The notes under the pieces were generated by a model, which was not told the DNA's origin, made no database searches, and saw only the letters and a program-made list of their open reading frames with translations. A program made the translations under genes and the position numbers. 64,000 bases of DNA from Octopus vulgaris (lineage: Eukaryota): the NCBI GenBank assembly GCA_951406725.2, contig OX597829.1, positions 22,196,001 to 22,260,000 of the forward strand. The letters are read 5' to 3'. Below, one piece after another: positions 13,157-27,002 of this stretch; the first letter of the stretch is position 1; every line of letters starts with the position of its first letter.

Positions 13157-13874
13157 TTAAAATCTTTGAAGGTGGTGCCAAGCATAGCTTACAACTCAAA
13201 GACTAGAATGAATAAAAGAATGTATTCCAATCTGTGAACCCATTATCAAAAAGATATTGCTAGCTAGTGAAGATGGCTGTGAAGCAATGCTCACTCGTTA
13301 CACTCATCTTGAGTGTTCGCTAACATCTGAAAGTAGGCAGGAGAAGGGTCTTTAATGTTAGTAGAAAACACTGTATCATGCTGTGCAATTTGGTGTACAT
13401 GGCTCATCAAACCACCAATATGTGTGAAAGCAAATGAGAGAATCTCTATGTGGCTACACACCTGCCAAAAATATCAGCCAAATCTCCAAGTCACATTTTT
13501 CTATATTAGAAAAAGAAGGGCATGTTGGATAACACTGTATTTGATATGCAAAGTATTGGGATGATCACAGTTGTAATAGCTTGAATCATAAGGTCTGCTC
13601 AATCACGGCTGACCTGAGGCTATATATATATAAATAACCACTCCCCTAAAAAAAAGAGTAAAGAAGGGTGTAAAGACAAATATATTTACTCAAGAGACTT
13701 TTTGAAAATAATAAAGGAGCTGCACCAGACTCAAACTAGAATCTGGTGCAATCCCTCAGCTTACCAACCCTGGTCAAATCATCCAACCCATGCCAGCATG
13801 GACAACAGATGTTAAATGATGATGATGATGATAATGTGACTAAATGGCAATAATTGCCCAGTACAGTTCTATAT

Positions 13875-14010
13875 TACCTCAGGAATGAGAACCCAGGTTT
13901 GAAATTTCCCCAAGACACCTGATGGAGGCTGGAGGGTATGTCAGCCAAAATATTGTGTTAACAACAAACAAGATGAGGACAAATATCCGTCAAATGTAAT
14001 GTAAATAATT
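13875..14010 (+). mobile_element. 3' part of the hammerhead-bearing SINE-like element
   Basis: Matches 7051-7166: gacac-ctgatgg-a-ggctg..cagcc-aaaatatt-gtgtt (core decayed at CpG positions), with tail ...ccgtcaaatgtaatgtaaataatt. Confidence 0.8.
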
Positions 14011-17000
14011 GCCTATATAGGTCCTTAGTCATTTTAACTTCCACTTTTTCCATGCTTGCATGGGTTGTATTGAGTTTAATGAGCCAGGTACCCTTCCTGT
14101 TCACCAACCCTTACTTGTTTCCAAGCAAGGTAAAATTTCCACATGGCCAGACATGTTCTCGTAGAACATTAGAAATGAATTACACTGCTTTTATGACATT
14201 GGTAATCATCATGCAATGTCAAGACAAGGAGACTCTCTCTCTTATACACACACACACGGCAAGCTTCCTTCAGTTTCTGTCTACTAAATATATTCCCAAG
14301 GCTTTAGTCAGCCTGAGGCTATAATAGAAGATGCTACAGGAACAATACAGCAACTGATATTTAATTTCTACTGTAACGATGATGACCAGGTGCAAAATAT
14401 TTGCATACGGAAAGGAGGACATCAGATTTTCCTGTTTTACTTTGAAAATGTTTGCATGCAAAATGGATGTGAATTGTTGATGTAATATAGCCATTGGCTA
14501 TTAGTCAAGCTAGGACCAGATATGTTATTCTAAGGATATTTGTTGTTTTTTTTTTCTTTTTGTTTTTTGGTGCAAAAACAAAATAATTAAATCAATAATG
14601 ATGTCATATTAAGGACTTGTTGACTTTTAAAATACAGAGAATTTTAAAAATTTAGGAATTTAAAAAATTTTTTTAAACATCTCTATCATCCCCTACCCCA
14701 CATCCCATGGGTAAATCAATTCTCCGTTCTACTTTTGATTTTTCTTTGTTCCGCCACTTCTAATGATTCTGACATTATATAGATATCACTCATCTGTCTC
14801 AGCCATTCACTTCTGTCTTTAGGTCTTTATACATCCAACAATTTCTCAGTCTTCTTATTGCCACAAGTAAAAGAAACATCTTCTCTCATATTCTAATGAT
14901 AACATAGTTGGCTTACATTAATTTCCTACTCAGTTGTTGAAAATATTGCTGTTTTAGCAAATACCTGTACAATTTGTCTTATTTAATAGTATCATTCATT
15001 GATTATAACCACATCCCAATCATATGTCTAAACATAGACTTGGCTGCAACCCGGAGGGCTTGATATAATATGGTCAGTTATTTTCTGGCATTCTAAATTT
15101 ACAAAATTTATTCAGAATTAGCCAAGACTGGAGGGTATGAGGCGAAATGGTCAGCTACTTCCTGACATTCTAAATTTACTATATTTGTCTTGGTTAACTA
15201 GTTTTCATGTATTTTCTCAGAGTTTGGCAGCCGTAAAAAGTTTGGTTATACTATTAACATTAGGACTGCTGAGATATTTTCAGATTTCTTGCACTTTTAC
15301 AGCAGTCTAGATGGGTGCTATCAATAAAATCATTTCTTACAGTTTTATACCCAGTCTTCATGGGTGCTATTTTTGAGGCAGTATTTTTAGGGAATGTTAA
15401 TTTTTTTTCCTGCAGCTTCAGCTAATAGCTGCGGCCATGCTGATGCACCACTGGGAAATTTTTCATTATTGTCATTTTAAATCAAAGGTCTTTGATGAAA
15501 TAAAAAATGCTAATAAAATGATACCACAAAAAAAAAAGCACTCGGTACACTCTAAAAAGGGTTTTGTGTTAAGAAGGGAATCCATCCCCAGAAATTATGC
15601 CGGAGTAGGAGACACTAGTGCATGACACAGTCTTCCATTTCTTCAGACCTTGTTAAACTGTCCAGTCCATGCCATTATGAAAGTTAAGTGTTAAGTGGTG
15701 GCAGCGATGATGATGATCATCATTATCACAATTCAGTAGGCTAAAGTTTTGTTCCTTACATTTTGTGTCTAAGAGAAACCATAATGGTTATTATCATTAT
15801 TATTGCCTTTGTCGTCAACACTCTTTTTCCTCTAGTAAATCCTATCTTAGAACACTGAGACAGTACATCTAATACATATGTATGCACATTAAACTATATT
15901 ATTGTATGTGTAAAGAAAGGCCATTTTTACCTGATTTTTAAGCTTTCATTCATCAACAACCTCCAATCATTTTCTCTACTTTGGAAATATGTCTGCACTG
16001 TTTCTGTTACCTCTACTGAAACAACTATTAATCCTCTGTTCTGGTGCAATTTCTGTTCTACCCATTTATTTCACCCACATCTCCTCCTTTGTAACCTCTA
16101 TTAAATTTTACTTCCCAAATTGCTCTCTAAACACTTTGCCTCGCCTCCTCTCACTGTCTCAGTTTTTCTCTCCAGTTCTTAACCTGCAACAATTCGAAAA
16201 TAACATTATTAGTAACCAGTCCCATTAAATATTGCTATCTTAATAAACTCAACTAGATATCTATAGTGGGGCCTAGATTATAACCTCCGCCCCACTTCTC
16301 CAGAATAACTCATTAAAATAAAAAAGAGTGTTTTGATTGTTATTTAGCAAAATAAAATAGTCAATTTCACTTTGAAATATAACAGTGTTTCAAATAGACA
16401 GTGCTGGTCATTGAGGACATCAGCACTAGCAACAATTGACCATCAGTAATGCTGGCTGGACCTGGCTGAGCCAACATTGGCGTTGCTTTTAATCTCTTAG
16501 TCACATCATTATAATAGGCCAAAGGTAGCAATTTATGGATAGTATAAATAAGCATGACGAAAAGGAAGTTGAGAATGCAGTGGTTCTTATGTTTAATGCT
16601 CTTAGATTTATCAAAGTACTAAAGAACATTATGTTTATTAAGCCATCAATACTGATGGATTTAAAGGATGAGATTGGATTAACTACAATGTGACCAACTC
16701 TATTTAAATAGGAGTTATCTTATTTTCACACATGTATTGACAAAGTTGCTGTGCATGTTAAGCACACACATGAATTGTGTATTTCTATCAAAAGAACAAA
16801 TGACATGTATATAAGAACATGTATTGGTGTTGCCTGAAACAAAATCAGTATTAAAAAAAACAAAAAAAAAACAACTTTAAAATATAAATAATCAGGCATG
16901 GTTTCTTATCACCAATTTCTCATTGTTTATCATCTCTTTTATACATGTTGAAGATAAATTTACAAAATATATTTCTCAATTCTCTCTTTCTCGCACGCGC

Positions 17001-17147
17001 GCGTGTGTATTTATTTATCAAACTTTTACAAGGAAAAGGTTGACACTGACTTTCAAATGACTGCCAACCTTTTCCTTATAAAAGTTTAATACACAGTTTA
17101 ATGTTAAATTGTTTTTATACATAACTTGGTATAAATAAAAACATGTA

Positions 17148-17205
<58 letters not shown>

Positions 17206-19599
17206 TGCATGCATACATATATACTCAATTACATACATACATAAATACAGATATACCTGTATGATAAGATGATTACTTCTGAGTTCAGTCCCACTGTGTG
17301 GCACTTTGGGCAAGTGTCTTCCATTAATGCCCTGGACCAAAACTTGTGAGTGGATTTCATTGACAGGAATTGAAACAGTCCTTCGTGTGTGTGTCTCTGT
17401 GTGTATGCATGCAGAATGTTGAGGACATGTCTTGCCATGGGGAAATATTACTTTGTATGGAAACAGGTAAAAATCTACCTCAATAAACTTTGTCTGACAA
17501 AGCATGGAAAAGGACATTAAAATTATGATGATTATATAAATATATATGTATATATCATCATTGTTTAACGTCTGCCTCCCATACTGGAATGGGTTGGACA
17601 GTTTGACAGGAGCCTACCAGGTAGAAAAACTACCCCAGGCATGGTTTTTATGGCTGGATGCCCTTCTTAACACCAACCACTGAGTCACATCCAATTTTCC
17701 CTCTCTGCTACTCCCACTGTTTCATGAGATTTAATCCCTGATATTTTTTAACAAACATCTTTGTTTCCTTCAGATGTGGCTGTGATCATTAATGTTTCTT
17801 ATTTTTATAATTTTCCTAAAAGTGGATTTACACAGAAATTACAATGCATAAATTACAATAGTCTTACTCCCCACCACACACACACACACACACCATCATT
17901 ATCATCATCATAAGCAACAACAATTATCTTACAATATAATACAGCCTTCAGTTTAAATGTATTGGAGACTTCTTAAATTTAATCTTTTCTATTTCCAATG
18001 AATTTTTGAAATAAGAATTTTGATAAAAATTCAATTAAGGTAAGCTATTTTTTTGTGATAAAAATTTTGCAAGCTCAGTTAAGCATTGTAATTTAAAACA
18101 TCTTTCTCATCAACAATAATATAGCTTTTTCTTTTAGTTTTTATTGCACATCCTCAAGCATTAGTTTCTTTTAATGGTAATTGGCTTCCAGACACTCAAA
18201 TATATTTTCTCAAGACTAACAGTTTACTCAGAAATTATATTGGAGTGTCCAAATGTTTCTTTGAAATTCAATTATTCTTAATATATCAATGCATTCATAC
18301 TCAGTTCATCACACCACTCCATATGTCCACGGCAGGTTTTATTCAGATTGATGTTTCTTAAATTTGCTGAATTCTTATCATCCGCTTGTCAATTTTCTAA
18401 ATCAGAAGCTCAGTCCTGTAATGATTGAGTTGAAAATACACTCAAAAAAGATGATGCAAAGAAAGATGTTTGTGATAAAGTAAATGTAATTATTCGCAGG
18501 CTTGGACATACATCAGAAACAAAAAAGAAAAAAAATCCTTTTTTCCAGACCTTTTTGCATCTTTCTCAGTTTGAAATTTACAGTGAAGCTTTACAAACAA
18601 CATAACCTAATTTGCATAAAAGTTTTGATTAAAAAATCCTGAAAATAAATTGCAAAAATTTAGCAACATACACATTGATGTTGATATTGCATATTACAGA
18701 ATGTAAATAAATTATAGAGGAAGGGATTAAAGTTTTCTCCCTTAAATTTGAGAGTTCATATCTGCCTTTAGGACAGTATAAACAAGAATGGTTTGATTCA
18801 GGTAGTTTCAGGTGATATAAAACTGAAAGTTACATATATTTGGGTGGATTCATGTTGTACAGTATGTTAAGAGCTAAATGAGAAAAATTCATATTATTCC
18901 AAAACATCTATGGATTAAATAAATGATCAGAGCTATTAGTAGACAGTTTTCAATAAATATATGCATATATATGCATATATTTATTAGTAGACAGTTTTCA
19001 AAGTATCTACTTTGCATTTACAAACATCTCCCTCAGTGGCTGATTTAAGGAATGATATGCACCCATTGTGGTTGGATATTTAGAAAACTTGGACCTGTTG
19101 CCTCTGATTTTAATGATTTTTTACCCCTTTCTACTAGATATTTTTTCACAACCTTCTTCATTGCCATAGAATAATAGCAAAGATAAAAAATATAAGAAAT
19201 TTGTATTAAGATCTTCAGTAGTTTTAATAAATAATAAATTACCAGTTTTTCAGTTAGTTTTCCATCTGCTTCCCTTTGTAATTATATACTCTCATTGATG
19301 ACTTGATTATAATGTCTCTGTAATTCCTGATATTGTTGGGTGAGGAAAGTTGATATACATTTGATTTATATTTACCAGCTCTCTTTCAGAATCACATGGT
19401 GTTATTGTTTAGCTCTCAAGTCAGTACTGATCAAACAGAACTATATATATAAGTGTGCTCCAGCCATAACTGTCTTGTTTTTTTGTTTTTTTTTGTTTTT
19501 TTTAGTATCCCTTATCATTATCTGGTGTGACCTTTTCTTTCCTTTTCTTTTTTAAGTAGGTAGAATTTCTTGTGTGAAGTTTTGCTTTAATTTCTATCC

Positions 19600-19790
19600 A
19601 GTTGAACAACTGCTTATAGCAGCTCCTCTGTCTCAGTAACATTTGTATGGAATGAGTGTGAGAGCCAATAAGAGTTGTGGGCATTGAAATCAGAGGGGAC
19701 ACATAGGGTTCAGATTGGATTGGTGTCCCTGGATATTGGAGACAATGAGAGAGGAATATCTAATAGGTTTACCAGTAGTCTTTGGCATCT
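19600..19790 (-). mobile_element. Decayed LINE apurinic-like endonuclease fragment
   Basis: Minus-strand reading SDFNAHNSYWLSHSFHTN resembles the GDFNAH motif of non-LTR APE domains. Confidence 0.45.
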
Positions 19791-20374
19791 AGGGAAGTGT
19801 AGAAGGCTGTTAGTGCACCAGTTTCAATATCCCCTTGTTTAGAGCCTGGTTTCAAAGCTTGTCAGAAGTTTTCAGACTGAACCCAACTAAAGCACTCCAA
19901 AAGAGATTGGCCACTTACACCCCTAGTCTCTGCCTATTGTATATCAGTTTAGTATAACAATAAATAGAGCCTAAACCCCATTGAAATGGAAGAAATATAA
20001 ATAATGATCCCTTGCAACCCCTCTCAGCTGAGCATCCCTAATTTTGCTGGCTCATAAGTGCTGGTGCCATGAAAATAGCACCTGTACACTCTGTAGAGTG
20101 GTTGGTGTTAGGAAGGGCATCCAGCTATAGGAACCATACCGAAACAGACATGGAGCCTGAACAATCCTTCGGCTGGACAGCTTCTGTCTAACTATCCAAC
20201 TCATGCTAGCATGGAAAGCAGACATTAAATGATGATGAGGATTGATTGGTTAGTAAACCATTACAAAAGTGTTTGAAATATAATGATCCAACAAACATAC
20301 TGAGATTTTGTTAAACTAACTTTCTGTAACTAGAATTACTGTTACTTTTTTTTTTTCTCTACTTTCTTTTACAG

Positions 20375-20616
20375 ACAGTGATGATGATGAAAATCAGCCC
20401 GACAAAACTGAATTGGTTAATACAGTGAATGCCTTAAATGCTCGCTTTGGAGACCTGAGCACATGCTATGACCTCATTGTAAAGCAAGGTGCTGCATTCC
20501 AACGTGCCCTTAATGAGCACGAGCAGATCGACAGTGCTGCAGATTCTACTAGCAAAATAAAAGCCATCAATGAACGAGCAACTTTATTTAGGATTGCTTC
20601 AAATGCTATGTTAAAT
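20375..20616 (+). CDS. OSBP: Next internal exon of the OSBP-like gene (acidic linker and helical/dimerisation region)
   Basis: Long pyrimidine tract with acceptor ttttacag ending at 20374. G from the previous exon plus AC gives Asp, so the phase is consistent. Translates as DSDDDENQPDKTELVNTVNALNARFGDLSTCYDLIVKQGAAFQRALNEHEQIDSAADSTSKIKAINERATLFRIASNAMLN, matching OSBP ..NERATLFRITSNAMIN. Donor gtaagt at 20617 (phase 0). Confidence 0.95.
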
Positions 20617-21882
20617 GTAAGTATTGTATTGTCGTTCCACTCACATTTCACAATTCATGTGACATTGCCTTCATTTGATAATTAATTAAAAATGATAAAA
20701 TTTAAATGTTACTAAATTTAGTCAATCTTTTCTCTCATGTATTTTGTGTTGCTTTGAAAATCATTCAAACGAATTATTGTTACATTTATTTTATAAATAT
20801 AATATCATATTATACACACACACACACAGTGTTTTCTTTTTCTTTGTTTTTGTCGGTACTTGAGTTTCATTCACTCAATTCAACACTGCTTAAGTATTCT
20901 ATAACTAATTACCAGCTAATTCCTTAACTTACTTTGCTATGTTCCAAGAGAGTCATTCTTGGATTCATGCTTGTCTCTTTCTTGCCTTTCTCTTTTTTTC
21001 CTCCAACCTCTACAGGTTTGTGGTTCCTTATGTTAAACTCTACCACCACTCTCATTTCTCATTAATTCTGCCATGTTAGAAAATTTCTCTCAATGTTTTT
21101 GTGAAATTTTGAAAACAATTTTTTTTCTAATAGCTATGCTAAAGCAGACATTGGAGCTTGATGCAGTCCTCCAGCTCATCGGAGCTTGTCATACTACCCA
21201 ACCCATGCAAGCATGGGAAGACAGACAATAAACAATTATGTTGATGATAATGATAATACACCTGTTTATCAATTTCTGTTAATTGCAATTACTTTATTGG
21301 TAAACTATTGATTTTTGAAAGGTTTAATATTTTATTATTTAGCAGTATCATGGACCATGATCTATTTTGAATGTTTGTTTGGTTACACACACACACAGAC
21401 ATGGCTAAGTAAAAAAAATAAGTTCTTAACCATGTGGTTTTACAGCACATCAGATAAATCTCTTTTGCTATAAAAGCCCTTTGACCAAATTATACCCAAT
21501 GCCTTGTGAGAGAATTTAATAGACACAGACTACAAGCAGCCTGTTGTATGTGTGTAAATGTGCAAGAATATTAATATCCATTGCTTGTCACTGGTTGAGC
21601 AAAGCAGTGTTGGTATTGACATTTCTTTTTGACATTATGACCAATCTCATTGTGCTTTCAAAGACCTCTGGATTATAAGAAGTTCCTTAGTTGAAAACAA
21701 GTAAGAGTTGGCAATGGTTAAAGCACCTTACTGTAAAATACTGTTTGAAGGAGTTCCTCCTCCAAACCTTGCTAGTTTAGGAAAATGGATGTTAAAACAT
21801 TAATTGCCATTCTACCTTCACGTCATCAAGGGCTGCTAGAATCCACTCAGGGATGCCTTTCTGAAAATATTTAATGGACTTA

Positions 21883-22230
21883 ATGGCTCAGTGGTTAGAG
21901 CGTCGAGCTTACGATCGTGAGGTTGTGAGCTCGAATCCCGGACTGGGCTGCGTGCTTGTGTTCTTGAGCAAGACACTTTATTTCACGTTGCTCCAGTTCA
22001 CTCAGCTGTAGAAATGAGTTGCGACGTCACAGGTGCCAAGCTGTATCGGCCTTTGTCTTTCCCTTGGAAAAACACTGGTGGCGTGGAGAGGGGAGGCCGG
22101 TATGCATGGGCGACTACTGGTCTTCTATAAAAAAAATTTAAAAAACCTTGCCCAGACTTGTGCCTCAGAGGGTAACTCTCTAAGTGCAAACCCATGGTCA
22201 CTCATGACCGAAGGGGGTCTTTACCCTTTT
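21883..22230 (+). mobile_element. tRNA-derived CORE-like SINE family C
   Basis: A box tggctcagtggt, B box gctcgaatccc, central ttgtgttcttgagcaagacactttatttcacgttgctccagttcactcagctg. Minus-strand copies at ~34545-34874, 46655-46970 and 48048-48384. Confidence 0.88.
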
Positions 22231-22320
22231 TATATAGTAACACACTCATATATCTTCTTTGTCTTTTACTTGGCGAAATGCGTAGTAACACACTCATATA
22301 TCTTCTTTGTACTTTTACTT

Positions 22321-22523
22321 GGCGAAATGCGTAGCCATATTTTGTCTGCCGTTACGTTCTGAGTTCAAATTCCGCCGAGGTCGACTTTGCCTTTCATCCT
22401 TTCGGGGTCGATAAATTAAGTACCAGTTACGCACTGGGGTCGATGTAATCGACTTAATACCTATGTCTGTCCTTGTTTGTCCCCTCTGTGTTTAGCCCCT
22501 TGTGGGTAGTAAAGAAATAGGTA
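22321..22523 (+). mobile_element. SINE family B (Meta-like), 5'-truncated
   Basis: Closely matches 49457-49690 from ggcgaaatgc onward. Confidence 0.9.
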
Positions 22524-22829
22524 TGTGGGATTCTTGTGATTTGAGGGATGGCAATACACATTATCTTACCTAGTAATGCATATAAGTACTACTTTGACAG
22601 AATTGGCCGAACCTATTTGATATACTCAGCCGAACAATCATTCTGGCAACCTGTAGATTTGTGGTTTAACTCCTGCAGTAGGGTCTATTTTTTTTTTTTT
22701 TTTTTTCCCCCTCCATAATGGCATGTGTGCATACTTATATGTGTGTGTATGTCTCTCTGTCTGTCTGTCTATGTGCATTAATTATAATGAATGAAAAAGA
22801 GTTCGGAATACTGAGGATAGCATATAAAT

Positions 22830-23010
22830 AATTTATTTTATTCAATCATCTGAAATTAGAATTAACTGGAACTCTGGGTTTTACTGGGCCTGATATTTTG
22901 TGCTTTCTTTGGCTGTCAATTAAGCTGAAGATCTGAGCACAAAATATCAGGCCTTCTGAAATCTAAATCCTAGTTAGTTTTAGTTCCAACTAACTGAATC
23001 AAATTAATTA
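22830..23010. repeat. Old imperfect palindrome (MITE-like)
   Basis: Perfect inner arms ggcctgatattttgtgct / agcacaaaatatcaggcc, with degenerate outer arms. Confidence 0.65.
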
Positions 23011-24016
23011 TATAGTCGAGCATGTTGAGCAGAAATAAAGAGAATATGTATATATATATATGTTGTAAAAAAATGGTTTTTCCGTTTTCGTTTCTCGTTG
23101 AGTTCTACGTCTAGTTGTGGTGTCCTGTACTCACGTATATATATTTATATATGCATGTATATATACATGTAGATGTAGCTACGTACATATATGTTTGTAT
23201 GTATGCATATATTTATTACACTATATATATATATATATATGAGATTAATGGGAGTTGAACATTGAATTCTGTGATAAAAGCTTGGAGTATTTACCAAGTA
23301 TATTATTGTTTCTCAAATGTTTCCAAGTCTGATTAATATACAAAATGCCATTCGGTTTAAGATATTTATTGCAGTAATGACTATGGTTTGGGCATGACAA
23401 ATAATTTATTGCCAGCAGCTGTTAACAAACTGAACTTGCTGCTCTTTCCTTTATGTCATGTAACATCAATGTAGAGACCTTCAAGCAATATTTAAACAAA
23501 CATATATATATTTTACTGTCAATGTATTAGTTTATTAATGAGCTCGAGTTGTTCAAAGACCATATTTATTTGTACCAAATTTAAGTGCTTAAATACCAAA
23601 AACAAATCCATAAATGCAGGATCTACTCCAGATTGGACTTAATTGTGATAATTAGTACGAACTAAAAAAAACTAAGAAACAGAAAATGAAGTTAGAGAAA
23701 ACATTTTTGAATTCCTGTGTAACTGCATCTCTTTAAAGTATTTTCAGCTACATATTGTAGAGTTCTAAGGTGTAAACGATGTTGAGATATATAAAGGCTA
23801 CTATCATAATTTATAAATGTACCAGGATATTATCAATGAAGTTAGGAGTGTGTTGTAACTATTATGTATTTGCAGGTCAACTCTGACTGCATTAAGTAAA
23901 TAGTTGGTTGAACAATTAGTTATGTGATCCCCGGCTCCAGAAGGTTGGAATTGATACTTTACATTCTGACATGCCATAGGTGATTGCATGTGTTCTTATG
24001 TTGCAGTCTGGAATGG

Positions 24017-24305
24017 GAAATGAGTCATTGAGTAAGATATGCTAAGGAACTATGCCTGTGAAATGACAGTCATTGACAAAATACGTTAATTAATTACAGC
24101 TGTGAAATGACAGTCATTGACAAAATATATTAATGAACTATACCAGTAAAATGACAGTCATTGACAAAATATGTTAATGAACTACACCTGTGAAATGACA
24201 GTCATTGGCAAAATATATTAATGGACTACACTTGTGAAGTGACAACCATTGACCACATATGTTAAGGAACACTTCATCTGAAGTGACGCAACCATTGACA
24301 AAACA
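24017..24305. repeat. 44-bp minisatellite, about 6.5 units
   Basis: aaatgacagtcattg recurs at 24061, 24105, 24149 and 24193. Terminal units are degenerate. Confidence 0.92.
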
Positions 24306-25232
24306 TGTTTCGTATTTATGTTCTGAATTAGAATCCTGTTGGACTTTGCCTTTTATCATCCCAATGTTGGTGAAATAAAAACTAGTTATGTATAAGGAGT
24401 GTTTTAATCAGCTATTAACTTGGAAAATCTGTGGCTTTGGGACAAAATCAGAAATCAATATAAATCAATTGATAACAGTTTCTGTAAGCTAGAGAAACTG
24501 TCAAAATAATATGTCACATGTATTATATAACAAGGTATTGGAGGGTGAAGTGTTTGTGAGATCCATGACTGCAGGAAAATAACATAAATAATGGGAGATA
24601 ATTCCCAAGAAATGGGAGAGTGAAGAAGTTATTGGGGAAAATGTTATTGCAGAATGGAGCCTCAGTCAAGATGAAAAGAAGAAACAAAAGTATGTTTTGG
24701 TAAGCTTTGGTAGGGGTGTATACAAATAGCTATTCAGAGGATCATAGGCTATTATAGTAGTGACAGAAGTGGCAGAGAGAAGAGATAGTGTGTTTATAGA
24801 TCAGAGATTGTAGCATGTTGGGCTGTGAATCTATGTTGATTCATCAGATGTTCTTCTGGTTACGGTAAAGGATATTTGTGTGGTGGTAGTTATAACAGTG
24901 TTATTGTCCCATAGATGCATGAGCAGTACTGCAAGAGTGATAGTTTACTGTACAGAGTCAACAGCATCTGATGGCTGCTGAAGTATTTCTGCTCTTGAAA
25001 AGTATTCCTTATATCTGAGAGCCAACTCTTACATATAATAAAACGCAATGTGTGCCCCCATTGGTCATGCTATGGAGAGAAGAGCAAAACAACAAATGGA
25101 GTGGGTGGCGGTCACAGATGTTAAAGCAGGTAGATAACTTTCAAAGATTTTGGTCAGAAGACACAATAATTTTAATCAAAATAAAACTGCAAATTTTTAT
25201 CATAAATTGCATTAAATATATTAGTCACACAT

Positions 25233-25445
25233 ATACTCTTTACTCTTTTACTTGTTTCAGTCATTTGACTGCGGCCATGCTGGAGCACCACCTTTAATTG
25301 AGCAACTCGCCCCAGGGACTTATTCTTTTTGTAAGCCCAGTACTTATTCTATCGGTCTCTTTTGCCGAACCACTAAGTAACGGGGACATAAACACACCAG
25401 CATCGGTTGTCAAGCAATGCTAGGGGGACAAACACAGACACACAA

Positions 25446-25477
<32 letters not shown>

Positions 25478-25640
25478 GACAGGCTTCTTTCAGTTTCCGT
25501 CTACCAAATCCACTCACAAGGCATTGGTCGGCCCGGGGCTATAGCAGAGGACACTTGCCCAAGGTGCCACGCAGTGGGACTGAACCCAGAACCATGTGGT
25601 TGGTTAGCAAGCTACTTACCACAGAGCCACTCCTGTGCCT
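25233..25640 (-). mobile_element. SINE family A, full length
   Basis: Reverse complement of the tRNA-like head (ggagtggct.tgtggtaag..ggttcagtccc), CORE-like caccttgggcaagtgtc, internal (TA)/(TG), and aagagt tail. Confidence 0.92.
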
Positions 25641-26037
25641 GCACCACTCCTCTTTCATATATATATACAAATATATATATATATATATATGAAATTAAAT
25701 ATTAAGCCCTTTTGTTTTCAAAATATTATCATTCACTTAACATATATATATAGATGTTAAGTGAATGAGAATATATATGTTGATATAGATACTTTCATTT
25801 TTTTTTTTTTTTTCATTTTAGTTCATTTTTCCATACTTACCCTTTCTGATACAACCCTTTATTTCCTTTCCCGAGTAAAGGATAACATATTTTACTGATG
25901 TCATCAATCTAAAAAAATGTAAACAAACACATGCACACATTCACACACCAATGCATATACACATATGTATATGTATGTGCATCTAATAGGTGTATATAAA
26001 TATGTATACACATGTATGAGTATGTGTGTGTATCTAT

Positions 26038-26068
<31 letters not shown>

Positions 26069-26483
26069 GCCATGTAACCACACACATGCTGTTCCTGGTC
26101 TTTTTCCTTCTCTGCTTTCGCCTCTTTCAGATGAAGAGCTCTGCTCAAAATGTTAAAAACCTACTCTTAATTCCATCTTACTTCCATTTTTACTGAGCAT
26201 CAAACTAATACATTCCATATGTATGTTCTCATTGTTTTGTTTTTGTTATTTTTGGTGTCCAATTGTTAATGTTCAATTTGACTATACACAAAGAGAGAGG
26301 GGGATGTCAAAGTATGTATGTATATATATATATATATATATATATAAAATCATCGTTTAGCGTCCATTTTCCATGCTAGAATGGGTTGGACGGTTCGGCT
26401 GGGGTCTGGAAAGCCAGGAGGCTGCACCAGGCTTCAGTCTGATCTGGCAGCGTTTCTACAGCTGGATGCCCTTCCCAACGCCA

Positions 26484-26562
<79 letters not shown>

Positions 26563-26569
26563 GGGGGGG

Positions 26570-26718
26570 TTCACAAAAGACAAAGACAGGTAGTGTAGAC
26601 AACAAACATTAGTTTAATGCTTGGGAAGTGAAAAAGTCTGTAACGTTTCGAGCCTACTCTCTTCCACAGAAAGGGACACAGAAAGAAACAAGGAGTGAAA
26701 ATAAAGAATGTGTAGTGG

Positions 26719-26722
<4 letters not shown>
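26570..26722 (-). mobile_element. Penelope-like terminal-repeat fragment with minimal hammerhead-like motif
   Basis: Minus strand reads cttt-CTGTGGA-A-gagagtaggctc-GAAACGTT-acag. Related copies at 27900-28030 (+), 54741-54776 (+) and 26124-26158 (+). Most lie in or next to (TA)n/(GA)n tracts. Confidence 0.6.
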
Positions 26723-26774
<52 letters not shown>

Positions 26775-27002
26775 GGATAAGTTATTTTAAATACCGATCA
26801 AATCAAGTGGAAGCATGAGAAGAAAAACCTTATAGGTTATACTTATTATTAAATTATAAATAGGGGTATCCAAGAGATACCACCATGCTTGAAATAGCAG
26901 TCAAAACTTGACTCTAAAAACCACATCAAGTGTTCAATACAGTGCAGTATATATTCTCCGTATTCCAAATGTATGCTAATGTAAACCTTATTGTCTTTTG
27001 TA

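Noticed and set aside
21883-21955. tRNA gene (also the heads at 6944, 30666, 34037 and 38089)
   Set aside because: The A/B boxes run straight into SINE bodies, with no complete acceptor stem or terminator. These are SINE heads.
24017-24305. CRISPR-like array (palindromic repeat at a regular period)
   Set aside because: The sequences between the palindromes are themselves homologous rather than unique spacers. There are no cas genes and the context is a eukaryotic intron.
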